From Trueperaceae bacterium (GTDB lineage Bacteria; Deinococcota; Deinococci; Deinococcales; Trueperaceae): a stretch of 64,000 nt of DNA. Numbering within the stretch: position 1 is the first letter of the stretch; each line of letters starts with the position of its first letter. The position numbers and the translations under genes are program-made. Positions 50,071 to 59,596 of this stretch are shown here, one piece after another. Where the stretch lies: positions 2,912,001 to 2,976,000 of the forward strand of contig OZ243927.1 of NCBI GenBank assembly GCA_965213925.1. The letters run 5' to 3'. Under the pieces are notes generated by a model that did no database searches, was not told where the DNA came from, and worked only from the letters and a program-made list of their open reading frames with translations.

Positions 50071-50663
50071 AACGCGACCCGCGCACGCTCGCCTACGTGC
50101 TGCTCGTCATCGGCGTCCTGCTGCTCGCGAACAGCGGCTTTTTAGGGGCGCTACCCGGCTTCTTGCGGACCTTGTCGCTCTTAGGCTTGGGCGCGGCGCT
50201 CTGGCTCGGACCGACGCACCTCGCGGCGGGCTGGCGCATTGCGGGCTTTATCGCCGTTGGCGTCTTCGGCATTGCGACCTCGGACGAGTTCACGGGCGTT
50301 GCTTCGCTGGGCTTTCCCGCGCTCGCCTTTGCGCTCGTGTACCTCTCTGATGTGAAGCGCTGGTGGGCGGTGATTCCGGCAGGCATCCTAGCGAGTGTTG
50401 CCACGCTCCTAGCGTGCAACGAACTTTTTGCCTGGAACGCGACGCCCGTGCTCTTTTTAGGCTTCGCGGCGACCTTTACCTATCTGTATCTACTTTCACC
50501 GCAACGTGGCGGGCAGCGCTGGGCGCTCTACCCGGCGGTGGTCTTCATCGCGCTGACGGTGCTGGTGAACGACCCTGGCAGTGGGCTCTCGGGGGCGTTG
50601 CCGCTGCTTTTTATCGGAGCGGGGGTGCTGATGTTGTGGTGGTGGCAGCGGGGGTCCGGGTAA
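50067..50663 (+). CDS. Multi-pass membrane protein (paralog of 46948-47691)
   Basis: RWWAVIPAG, LFLGFAATF.YL and WALYPA shared with the paralog. Confidence 0.7.
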   Translation: MKRDPRTLAYVLLVIGVLLLANSGFLGALPGFLRTLSLLGLGAALWLGPTHLAAGWRIAGFIAVGVFGIATSDEFTGVASLGFPALAFALVYLSDVKRWWAVIPAGILASVATLLACNELFAWNATPVLFLGFAATFTYLYLLSPQRGGQRWALYPAVVFIALTVLVNDPGSGLSGALPLLFIGAGVLMLWWWQRGSG

Positions 50664-50700
50664 AGTTGCATCTTCTCTCTTCACAACGATATATTTATAC

Positions 50701-52260
50701 GTGCACTCCCCTACCGCTCCGACAACCCAAAATAAAGACATCCTGCTCGAGATGCACACCATCACCAAACGCTTCCCCGGCGTTATCGCAAACGACAACG
50801 TGAGTTTGACGCTACGCGCGGGCGAAGTCCACGCACTTTTGGGCGAGAACGGCGCGGGCAAAACGACCCTTATTAGCATCTTGTACGGTCTTTACAACCC
50901 GGACGAAGGCGAGATTTTCGTGCGCAGCGAAGCGGTACACTTTCGCTCGCCGAAAGACGCGATTCACGCAGGCATCGGGCTCATCGCGCAACACTTCATG
51001 CTCGTCAAGAAGCATACGGTGGCGGAGAATATCGCATTAGGTTTAGAGCGCACGCCCTTCTTCTTCCCGCTACGCAACCTCAAAACGCAAATTCGCGAAC
51101 TCGGCGAGCGCTACGGGCTGGGCGTGGACCCGGACGCTTACGTCAATGAACTCTCAGCGGGCGAGCAGCAGCGCGTGGAGATTCTAAAGGCGCTCGTGCG
51201 CGGCGCGAAGGTTCTTATCATGGACGAGCCGACGGGCGTATTGACGCCGCAGGAGGCGCAGAACCTCTTCGGCGTCTTGGCGCGAATGAAAGAGGCAGGG
51301 CACGCGGTCATCTTCATTACCCACAAGCTCAGCGAGGTTTTGGATATCGCAGACCGCATCACCGTGTTGCGCAAAGGGGCAGTAGTAGGCGCGTTGGAAC
51401 GCAGCGAGGCGGACGAGAAAACCCTAGCGCGGCTGATGGTCGGGCGCGAGGTCGCGCCGGTGCGCTTAGAGAGAGTGGCGGGCGAAGGGGACAAGGGCGT
51501 CGTTTTAGAAGCGGAAAAGCTCTCCGCGCAGAGCGAACGCGACACGGCGGCGCTCAAGGAGGTTTCATTTCACATTAAACGCGGCGAGATTTTAGGCGTG
51601 GCGGGCGTGGCAGGCAACGGTCAGAGCGAACTCATCGAGGTCGTCACCGGGCACCGCTCTTTAACGGCTGGGCGGCTCACCCTAGCGGGCGAAGACGTCA
51701 CCTCCCTAGACAGCCGACGACGCTTCGAGCGCGGCGTCGCGCACATCCCTGAAGAGCGTCTTGGCGTAGGCGTCGTGCCGACGCTCTCGGTGGCGGAGAA
51801 CTTGGCGCTCAGGCACTACCGCTACGCGCCCTTCGCGCGAGGACCACTCCTCAGCCCGAAAGCCGTGGCTTACTTCGCCGAACGCGCCATCGAAACCTAT
51901 GAGATCGCGACGCCTTCGCGCCGCACGCCTACGCGCCTCCTCTCGGGCGGCAATATTCAGAAGCTCATCTTGGCGCGGGAGCTGTCTAACCTGAGTGAGC
52001 GCTCCAACACCTCGCTTATCGTCGCCTCGCACCCGACGTACGGGCTCGACGTGGGCGCGGCGGCGCAGGTCCACCGAGCGCTCTTAGAAGAGCGCAGCGA
52101 AGGGAGCGGCGTGCTACTCATCTCCGAAGATTTAGAGGAACTTTTGGGATTAGCGGACCGAATCATGGTGATGTTTGCGGGTGAGGTCATGGGGACGCTC
52201 AAAGGTGAACAGGCTGAACGCGAGCAGCTCGGGCTGATGATGGCGGGGGTGAGGGCGTGA
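50701..52260 (+). CDS. Nucleoside/CUT2 ABC ATPase (two ATPase domains)
   Basis: GENGAGKT, MDEPT, LSGGNIQK. Confidence 0.95.
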   Translation: MHSPTAPTTQNKDILLEMHTITKRFPGVIANDNVSLTLRAGEVHALLGENGAGKTTLISILYGLYNPDEGEIFVRSEAVHFRSPKDAIHAGIGLIAQHFMLVKKHTVAENIALGLERTPFFFPLRNLKTQIRELGERYGLGVDPDAYVNELSAGEQQRVEILKALVRGAKVLIMDEPTGVLTPQEAQNLFGVLARMKEAGHAVIFITHKLSEVLDIADRITVLRKGAVVGALERSEADEKTLARLMVGREVAPVRLERVAGEGDKGVVLEAEKLSAQSERDTAALKEVSFHIKRGEILGVAGVAGNGQSELIEVVTGHRSLTAGRLTLAGEDVTSLDSRRRFERGVAHIPEERLGVGVVPTLSVAENLALRHYRYAPFARGPLLSPKAVAYFAERAIETYEIATPSRRTPTRLLSGGNIQKLILARELSNLSERSNTSLIVASHPTYGLDVGAAAQVHRALLEERSEGSGVLLISEDLEELLGLADRIMVMFAGEVMGTLKGEQAEREQLGLMMAGVRA

Positions 52261-53378
52261 GCGGATTTATGGGTTGGCGGCTCGAGCGTCAACCCTCCCC
52301 TTCCCCTTTGGCAGTCATTGGCGTCTCTTTGGGTGCGATTTTCGCAGCGCTCGTCGTCACCGGCTTCATCTTCTGGTTCTACGGCTTCCATCCGCTCGAG
52401 GCTTACGGCACGATCCTGAGCAGCACGTTAGGCAACTTCAGAGGCTTCGCCGAAGTGTTGCGGAAATCCATTCCACTCCTCTTGGCGGGCGTCGGGCTGG
52501 TGCTCGCGTTTCGGGCGCAGTTTTGGAACATCGGGGCGGAGGGGCAGATTTTAGTCGGTGCGGTAGCGGCGTCGGGCGTGGCACTTTTCGTTCCCTTACC
52601 CGGTCCTCTCTACCTTCCCGTGATGTTCTTGGCAGGTTTCGTCGGCGGCGCACTCTGGGGGCTCGTGCCCGCGCTCCTCAAGGTTCGTCTAGGCGTCAAC
52701 GAAATCATCACCACGCTGATGCTCAACTACGTCGCGATCTACCTCGTGCAGTACCTCATCTATGGACCCTGGAAGGGCGCGGCCACACGTGGAATGCCCA
52801 TCTCCGACTTCTTCCCCGACGCGGCGTGGTTGCCCGTCATCCCCGGCACGCGGCTTCACTGGCCCACCCTTGTTCTAGGACTTTTACTCGCCCTATTCGT
52901 CGCCTTTTTGCTCGCCCGCACAAAGCTCGGCTTCGAGATTCGCGTGCTCGGGCAAAGCCCGCGAGCGGCGCGGTATGCGGGGGTGAACTTTCTCAAGACG
53001 ACGTTGGTTTTGGTTCTTATTTCGGCGGGCGCGGCGGGCTTGGCAGGCGTAGGCGAGGTGGCGGGCATCTATCACCGCTTGACAGACCCCGCGCAGCTCT
53101 CGCTCGGCTACGGCTACACAGCGATCATCGTAGCGCTTCTGGCGAGGAACAACCCTATCGCGGCTGTTTTTACCGCGCTCTTTTTAGGGTTCGTCTTCGC
53201 CAGCGGCGACGTGATGCGGGTCTCACTCCGCTTGCCCTTCCAGATGACGAACGTCATCAGCGGTTTGGTACTCCTCTTTATGATCGCGAGCGAGCCGCTT
53301 TTGCGCTATAGATTGCGCCGGGTGGAGAAGGATTCGGCGGTAACGGATGTCGAGTCCCGCAGGTCTCGGCAGAGCTAA
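52257..53378 (+). CDS. Nucleoside ABC permease 1
   Basis: WNIGAEGQ, NEIITTLMLNY, GYGYTAIIVA. Confidence 0.9.
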   Translation: MSGFMGWRLERQPSPSPLAVIGVSLGAIFAALVVTGFIFWFYGFHPLEAYGTILSSTLGNFRGFAEVLRKSIPLLLAGVGLVLAFRAQFWNIGAEGQILVGAVAASGVALFVPLPGPLYLPVMFLAGFVGGALWGLVPALLKVRLGVNEIITTLMLNYVAIYLVQYLIYGPWKGAATRGMPISDFFPDAAWLPVIPGTRLHWPTLVLGLLLALFVAFLLARTKLGFEIRVLGQSPRAARYAGVNFLKTTLVLVLISAGAAGLAGVGEVAGIYHRLTDPAQLSLGYGYTAIIVALLARNNPIAAVFTALFLGFVFASGDVMRVSLRLPFQMTNVISGLVLLFMIASEPLLRYRLRRVEKDSAVTDVESRRSRQS

Positions 53379-53439
53379 ATAGAGGTGAGGCCGTAAGTGA
53401 AAAATCTTGGTGGAGAGTGGCGAATGAAAGATAGTTGAA

Positions 53440-53537
53440 AGCAACGAGCAATGAGCAATGAGTGAAACCCTTTAGACTCATTGCTCATTGCTCGGAACTC
53501 ATTGCTCATCTACTTATTGCTCGGAACTCATTGCTAC
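53440..53537. repeat. Heptamer (CTCATTG) tandem/inverted repeat tract
   Basis: GAGCAAT x3 followed by several CTCATTG; same unit at 2388-2417 and 45754-45800. Confidence 0.7.
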
Positions 53538-53557
53538 TTTATAGATAGGAAGGATAT

Positions 53558-54484
53558 ATGGAAGCAGATTGGCTCATCAGCACGGTAGGACGCGCGCTCG
53601 CGTTTAGCACACCCCTTCTCTGGGCGGCGCTCGGTGAAATCTACGCCGAACGCGCTGGGGTGGTGAATTTGGGGCTCGAGGGCATGATGATTCTAGGCGC
53701 GATTTTAGGTTTTATCGCAGGCCAAACGACCGGCTCGCCTCTGCTGGGTCTCGTGGTGGCGGCGGGTGCGGGTGGGCTCGCGGCACTTTTGCACGCCTTT
53801 ATTTCCATCACTTTGCGGGCGAACCAATACGTCTCCGGCTTAGCGCTCACGATTTTGGGGCTCGGTTTGGCAGGGCTCTTAGGCAGAGGATACGAGGGAA
53901 TCCCGCTGCGTCAGCCGATGCAAGCGGTCAGCGTTCCCTTGCTCTCCGATATTCCGGTTATCGGTCCAGCCTTTTTTACGAATCAGTACCTCTTGACCTA
54001 CGCGGGGCTTCTCATTGCGGTACTGCTCTGGTTCGTCTTGCGCTACACCAAAGTGGGCGTCACGCTTCGCTCGGTGGGTGAGTCGCCCAAAGCGGCGGAC
54101 TCGCTCGGCATCAACGTGTTTACGGTGCGCTATTTAGCGGTGATTTTCGGTGGGCTGATGGCGGGGATTGCGGGCGGCTACCTCTCACTAGCGTATCGCC
54201 CCTCGTGGAGCGAAGGGATGACGGCGGGGATGGGTTGGATCGCTTTAGCCATCACGATCTTCGCCGCGTGGAGCCCGCTGCGCGCTATTCTAGCGGCGTT
54301 TTTATTCGGCGCGTGCTTTCACCTCTCGTTTCGGCTGCAAGGCACCTTTCCTACCGAGTTCTTGCAGATGCTTCCCTACGTCTTCACGATTCTGGCGCTT
54401 ACGGTGATTGCGCTGAGTAAAGCAGGACGCCGTAGCGGTGCGCCCGAGGCGTTGGGGGAGCCTTACTCGAGGGGGGAGAGGTAA
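53558..54484 (+). CDS. Nucleoside ABC permease 2
   Basis: ERAGVVNLGLEGMM, G.GWIALA, APEALG.PY. Confidence 0.9.
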   Translation: MEADWLISTVGRALAFSTPLLWAALGEIYAERAGVVNLGLEGMMILGAILGFIAGQTTGSPLLGLVVAAGAGGLAALLHAFISITLRANQYVSGLALTILGLGLAGLLGRGYEGIPLRQPMQAVSVPLLSDIPVIGPAFFTNQYLLTYAGLLIAVLLWFVLRYTKVGVTLRSVGESPKAADSLGINVFTVRYLAVIFGGLMAGIAGGYLSLAYRPSWSEGMTAGMGWIALAITIFAAWSPLRAILAAFLFGACFHLSFRLQGTFPTEFLQMLPYVFTILALTVIALSKAGRRSGAPEALGEPYSRGER

Positions 54485-54522
54485 AAAGCACTTCAGCTAG
54501 TCAGCAGGTCAGGAAAACCTGA

Positions 54523-54655
54523 AGCAGGAGCGGGTTTGAAACCCGCTCCTGCATCTGCCTCTCGACCCCCTTGAATTTGAGTCGTCTTTTTCTATCAGAA
54601 GGTTGCAGCAAAGTATCCGAGAGGCTTTCTGCGACCTTTCGTAGTTTAGAGCGCT
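54523..54655 (+). repeat. REP-like palindrome with tail (family B)
   Basis: GCAGGAGCGGGTTTGAAACCCGCTCCTGC plus tail shared with the 36144 copy. Confidence 0.65.
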
Positions 54656-54716
54656 ACTTTTCGGCAGTTTCAGACTAAACCCATAATCTCAAGCCACCCC
54701 GCAGATAAGTCTCTAA

Positions 54717-54769
54717 ATAGATGATAAAAACATCTATAGCTTACATATAGATGAAAAATACATCTATAT
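54717..54769. promoter_or_regulatory. Tandem palindromic operators (probably MarR)
   Basis: ATAGATG-N7-CATCTAT at 54717 and again at 54747, 30 bp apart. Confidence 0.75.
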
Positions 54770-54845
54770 AGTGTTCATAGCGGTTCTCGGTTTGCTTATC
54801 GGTCTAGGAGACGCCGCGAGACTTCAGCTAGTTCGGGAGATTACG

Positions 54846-56114
54846 GTGGCAATTCCTAAATTCGAGCGTCCAGAGAACTTTATTGAACAGATACGCGACC
54901 ACCTGCGCGTGTTTCTAGGGGCTTCTAAACAGGTACTGATGACCGCAGGGATAGCTTTAGTGAACCGCACTCTAGGACGCTTCGCTCGAGCCTGGGCTGC
55001 CAGGAAGATAGCCCGAGGCGAAACCATTTGGTTGGACGACCTACCCGGTCCCGCCGCAAGCGAGGAGCAGCAGTTCGAGGGCTACCCACAGATCAAGGCT
55101 GACCTGTCTCCTAATACGCGCGTTCCGTCACAAAAGTCGCGCTTCATTGCGCTAGAATCCTACCCGCCCCCCGTCTACCCCTTTGCCTACCGCGAACCGC
55201 CCCTCTCGAGCTTCAGCATCAGCGGCTTAGGTGAGAGCGAGAAGCGACGCCCCCGTCACCTCTTCTTCGGGCTTGACTACGCTTGGCGCGGTTTGATGAA
55301 AATGCTGCTCATCAACAGTACTGGAGAGGTCATGAAAACGATTTTAGGACTTTGGTGGGATGACCGGCGGCGCTGGGGCGTGGTTGCAGCCGAGCGGCGT
55401 GTCATTCCTAGCCCTCAGAGGATGACGGACAAGATTAAAGCCTTCGCCAAAGCCAACGGCGCAGCCTTGGTCGGCGTCACCATCCCCGCCGATGAGACCC
55501 GCTTCGAGGAATTTGACGACCCTTACCAATATGCTATCTCCATCGCTGTACCGATGGACCGGGAGTATATGACATATGCACCCACTCGATACTCCCACAC
55601 AGAGGTCCAGCACATTTACCGCGAAGTAGGGAAAGTCGCTATTAAGCTTGCTGAGCACATCCGCTCGTTGGGCTATCCTGCGCTAGCGTGCACCAATATC
55701 GTCCCCGGCAGTACCAACGTGCTGCACGTACCCATCGCCATTCAAGCGGGGTTAGGTCAGTTAGGCAAGCACGGCTCGATGATCACCAAGGAGTACGGCT
55801 CGAACGTCCGCCTCGCCACAGTGCTTACTGACTTGCCGCTCGTTCCTGACGAACCCGTTGATATCGGCGTGGACGACTTCTGCCTGAACTGCAAAATCTG
55901 TACGACGAACTGTCCACCACACGCTATTTTCGAGACCAAACAGATCGTGAGAGGTGAAGAGAAATGGTACGTGAACTTTGACACGTGCGTTCCTTACTTC
56001 GTGGCAAACGAGAGCTGCGCTGTTTGCATCGAGGTGTGCCCGTGGAGCGAGCCGGGGCGGGGCGCAGTCATATCCGAGAAGATGCTCAAGCTCCGTGGTG
56101 AAATCGCAGCCTAA
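54846..56114 (+). CDS. Reductive dehalogenase-like cobalamin/2x[4Fe-4S] protein 1
   Basis: AGLGQLGKHG..IT.EYG..VRL..V.TDLPL..D.P.D.GV..FC..CK.C...CP and C......C..C...CPW; GTG start aligns with the paralog. Confidence 0.75.
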   Translation: MAIPKFERPENFIEQIRDHLRVFLGASKQVLMTAGIALVNRTLGRFARAWAARKIARGETIWLDDLPGPAASEEQQFEGYPQIKADLSPNTRVPSQKSRFIALESYPPPVYPFAYREPPLSSFSISGLGESEKRRPRHLFFGLDYAWRGLMKMLLINSTGEVMKTILGLWWDDRRRWGVVAAERRVIPSPQRMTDKIKAFAKANGAALVGVTIPADETRFEEFDDPYQYAISIAVPMDREYMTYAPTRYSHTEVQHIYREVGKVAIKLAEHIRSLGYPALACTNIVPGSTNVLHVPIAIQAGLGQLGKHGSMITKEYGSNVRLATVLTDLPLVPDEPVDIGVDDFCLNCKICTTNCPPHAIFETKQIVRGEEKWYVNFDTCVPYFVANESCAVCIEVCPWSEPGRGAVISEKMLKLRGEIAA

Positions 56115-56198
56115 ACCTCATTCATATGCGTGACTTTTTGAGTCTTCAATCAGCAAATTCAGTAGCGAGATGCAAAGTTCAAGTGTTGAGGAGGAGTT

Positions 56199-57464
56199 AT
56201 GGCGGTACCCAAACTCGAGCGTCCACAAAGCTTTAGAGAGCGAGTGCGTGACCATCTGCGCGTCTTTCGGGAAGCATCTAAGATGGTGTTACTCACCGCA
56301 GTTATGAAGCTAGCGAGTCATACATTAGGACGCCTCGCACGGTTCTGGATAGAGAGAAAAATAGCTCGAGGTGAGACCTTGTGGTTAGACGATATGCCTG
56401 GTCCCGCTGTAGCCGAGCATCAGACATTCGAGGGCTATTCTCAGATCAAGGCGGACTTGTCGCCTAATACTAACATTCGGTTACAGAAGTCTCGCTTCAT
56501 CGCCACCGAGCCGCCGCCGCCCACCTATCCTTTCGCGTACCGCGAGCCGCCCCTCTCAGGCAGCGTCATCAGCGGTTTGGGCGAGACTGAGAAGCGTCGT
56601 CCTCACCACTTGTTTTTCGGTCTCGATTACGCCTGGGGCGACCTGATGGGGGGCTTTCTTCTCCTACAGTCTACAAAGCTTTTTGGTATCACCACGAATC
56701 TCTGGTGGGACGACCGGCGGCGCTGGGGTGTCGTTTCACCCAAACAGCAGCGCGTTAGCGACCCCGCAAAGATGACAGATGATATCAAAGCGTTTGCGAA
56801 GGCGAACGGCGCGACTCTTGTTGGCGTTACCGCGCTAGCCGACGAGCACCGCTTCGAGGACTTCGACGATCCCTACAAGTACGCGATCTCCATCGCCGTG
56901 CCGATGGACCGTGAGGAGATGCGCTACACGCCCAGCGAGCGCTCCTACACGGAAATCTTTCGTATTTACCGTGAGGTAGGCCAAATCGCTATTAAAGTCG
57001 CTGAACATATTCGTTCGCTGGGTCACCCTGCGCTGGCGTGTACCAACATCGTTCCCGACAGTACTGTCGTCTTGCACGTACCCATCGCGATTCAAGCAGG
57101 GTTGGGTCAGTTGGGTAAACATGGCTCGATGATCACCAAGGAGCATGGCTCCAACGTTCGGCTTGCCACTATCCTGACGGACTTACCCCTCGTTACCGAT
57201 GAGCCCGTTGATTTGGGCGTCGATGACTTTTGCCTGAACTGCAAAATCTGTACAACGAACTGCCCACCGCACGCTATCTTCGAGACCAAACAGATCGTGA
57301 GAGGCGAGGAGAAGTGGTACGTGGACTTTGACAAATGCGTGCCCTACTTCGCGAGCAATGAAACCTGTGGGATTTGTATTGAGGTATGCCCCTGGAGCAC
57401 GCCGGGGGGCGGCGCAGTCATATCTGAGAAGATGCTCAAGCTCCGGGGTGAGGTTGCAGTTTGA
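56199..57464 (+). CDS. Reductive dehalogenase-like cobalamin/2x[4Fe-4S] protein 2
   Basis: Full-length paralog of 54846-56114; GAGGAG RBS. Confidence 0.75.
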   Translation: MAVPKLERPQSFRERVRDHLRVFREASKMVLLTAVMKLASHTLGRLARFWIERKIARGETLWLDDMPGPAVAEHQTFEGYSQIKADLSPNTNIRLQKSRFIATEPPPPTYPFAYREPPLSGSVISGLGETEKRRPHHLFFGLDYAWGDLMGGFLLLQSTKLFGITTNLWWDDRRRWGVVSPKQQRVSDPAKMTDDIKAFAKANGATLVGVTALADEHRFEDFDDPYKYAISIAVPMDREEMRYTPSERSYTEIFRIYREVGQIAIKVAEHIRSLGHPALACTNIVPDSTVVLHVPIAIQAGLGQLGKHGSMITKEHGSNVRLATILTDLPLVTDEPVDLGVDDFCLNCKICTTNCPPHAIFETKQIVRGEEKWYVDFDKCVPYFASNETCGICIEVCPWSTPGGGAVISEKMLKLRGEVAV

Positions 57465-58885
57465 GCGTAGCGGCGCACGAGCGAGATAGAGCTGACATCA
57501 CGCAGCAGTTAGGAACAATTATGCACGCTGACCCAACACGCTCACTTCGCGTCGCCATCATCGGCGCGGGTCCCGCTGGCTTCTACGCGGCGCAGGCGCT
57601 TACCAGGCAGTCTCCGTCCGCCACAGCCGATCTCTTCGAGCGCCTACCGAGCCCTTACGGACTGGTACGTTACGGCGTCGCACCCGACCACGAGACGGTC
57701 AAATCGAAAGCCTTCGCCTTCGACCTCATCCTCAGACATAGGCGCGTCCGCTATTTTGGCAATGTCACCTTCGGTAAAGACATCACGCACGAAGAGATTA
57801 GAGCGCACTACGACGCGGTTATTTACACCGTAGGCGCAAGCCGTGATAGGTCACTAGGCATCCCTGGCGAGGACCTCCCCGGCAGCCTCTCCGCCACCGA
57901 GTTCATCGCCTGGTACAACGCCCACCCCGACCATGCGGAACTGAACCCACCACTGGATACAGCGCACGTCGCCGTCGTCGGTATGGGCAACGTCGCGCTG
58001 GACGTGACGCGAGCGCTGCTCAAAGACCCCGGTGAACTGGATAAAACCGATATGGCTCCTTACGCGGTGGCGGCGCTGCGGCGCTCATTGGTCACCGACG
58101 TTCACATCCTGGGGCGGCGCGGTCCTTCACAGGCGAGCTTCACGCCTAAAGAGCTGCGTGAGGTTGCCGAACTGCCAGACGTTGAGATAGTCGTTGACCC
58201 TGCCGATATTGCAGCGAACAGGGTAGGAACGTTTGAAAATGAGCGCGAAGCGAAACATGCGGCGCGTAATCTGGAGCTTTTTACCGCTTATTCGAAATCA
58301 TATTCGAGACTCGCCAAGAACAGCGCTTCAAAGCGCGTTCACATTCACTTTTTCGTGTCGCCTGTCGAGGTTCAAGGAGAAGGACGGGTACAAGGTTTGA
58401 AGTTGGAACAGAATCGGCTCGAGCTAAAAGGTGAGCGTCTCTCTGCTGTCGGTACCAGCGAGTTCGAATCTTTGAATATCGGTCTCTTGCTGCGCTCGGT
58501 GGGCTACCGCAGCGCACCCCTTGACGGCGTCTCATTCGACGAAAAACGCGGCATCATCCCCAATCGAGGCGGGCGCGTGACGACCTTAGAGGGCGAGGTT
58601 GTGCGCGGCGAATACACCTCCGGTTGGGTGCGGCGCGGACCTTCGGGCGTAATCGGCACAAATAAGACGGATGCGGAGGAGACGGTGCGGCATCTGCTGG
58701 AGGACGCATCCACGCTCGAGCGTACCGAAGCTGCTGACATCACCTCTCTCCTAAAACGCAAAGGGGTGAGGTACGTGACGGCTGAGGACTGGCGGCGCAT
58801 CCTCAACACCGAACGTAGAAACGGTGCTCAGCAGCGCCGGAGTGTAAAGTTCGTAAGCGTCCGCGAAATGTTGGAAGTTTTGTGA
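57461..58885 (+). CDS. Ferredoxin-NADP+ reductase (adrenodoxin reductase/FprA-like)
   Basis: IIGAGPAGFY, PYGLVRYGVAPDH, GMGNVALDV, GWVRRGPSGVIGTN. Confidence 0.9.
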   Translation: MSVAAHERDRADITQQLGTIMHADPTRSLRVAIIGAGPAGFYAAQALTRQSPSATADLFERLPSPYGLVRYGVAPDHETVKSKAFAFDLILRHRRVRYFGNVTFGKDITHEEIRAHYDAVIYTVGASRDRSLGIPGEDLPGSLSATEFIAWYNAHPDHAELNPPLDTAHVAVVGMGNVALDVTRALLKDPGELDKTDMAPYAVAALRRSLVTDVHILGRRGPSQASFTPKELREVAELPDVEIVVDPADIAANRVGTFENEREAKHAARNLELFTAYSKSYSRLAKNSASKRVHIHFFVSPVEVQGEGRVQGLKLEQNRLELKGERLSAVGTSEFESLNIGLLLRSVGYRSAPLDGVSFDEKRGIIPNRGGRVTTLEGEVVRGEYTSGWVRRGPSGVIGTNKTDAEETVRHLLEDASTLERTEAADITSLLKRKGVRYVTAEDWRRILNTERRNGAQQRRSVKFVSVREMLEVL

Positions 58886-58937
58886 GCGCTAGAGCGGCGC
58901 TCACGCTCTGGTATGGCAGAAGATTATATGCTTAGGC

Positions 58938-59435
58938 ATGTCTAAACGCGCCCGCGTACCGAGCCCGTCGCTCTACTTCAACCACCACGACCTGGTGGAC
59001 GCCCTAGCAAACCATACCGGGTATCTGCTCAGCTACGTCGCGCAGATGGCGCAGCTCGCGCTGGACGAGTCGCTGGAGACGCTCGACATCGACGCGCGGC
59101 AGCTAGGCGTGATGGTCCTCATCGGTGAAACGGCGCACCGCTCTCAAGTCGCTATTAGCCAGCACTTGGGGTTGGACCGCGCTCACGTCGCTCGTTTGGT
59201 GGATGACCTAGAAACGTTAGGGTACGTGAGCCGCGACGCCGACCCGAGCGACCGGCGCTACTACAATTTGACGCTCACGGAGCGAGGTCAAGAGGTTCTT
59301 GAACACGCTAAGCAAAAATCTCAGGAGACCGAAGACGACGTTTACCAGTCACTCGACGATGAAGAACGCGCTCTGTTCCATACGCTGCTCAAAAGGGTGG
59401 CTGAGAAGCGCTTTTCGCTCGAGATGACCGAATAA
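58938..59435 (+). CDS. MarR-family regulator
   Basis: LVDDLE..GYV.R...P.DRR...L.LTERG. Confidence 0.9.
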   Translation: MSKRARVPSPSLYFNHHDLVDALANHTGYLLSYVAQMAQLALDESLETLDIDARQLGVMVLIGETAHRSQVAISQHLGLDRAHVARLVDDLETLGYVSRDADPSDRRYYNLTLTERGQEVLEHAKQKSQETEDDVYQSLDDEERALFHTLLKRVAEKRFSLEMTE

Positions 59436-59596
59436 ACCGGTCATTTTTCTTGACTGATATCAGTACCCAAATCCGAATAACAGGTCAAGCGAAAACACGG
59501 ATAGGTGAAACCTGAACATCTTAATGAAGATGCACTCTATATCTCCAAGTGTGATAATTTATACAGAGTCAATCACGGGGCAGCCCCGGAGGTCTT

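Noticed and set aside
52274..53311. 345-aa alternative-frame ORF
   Set aside because: Overlaps the ABC permease; low-complexity product typical of GC-rich off-frames.
54846..57464. Annotation as queG
   Set aside because: No RDYH motif seen, the genes are duplicated, and the reductase/MarR context fits RdhA-like enzymes better.
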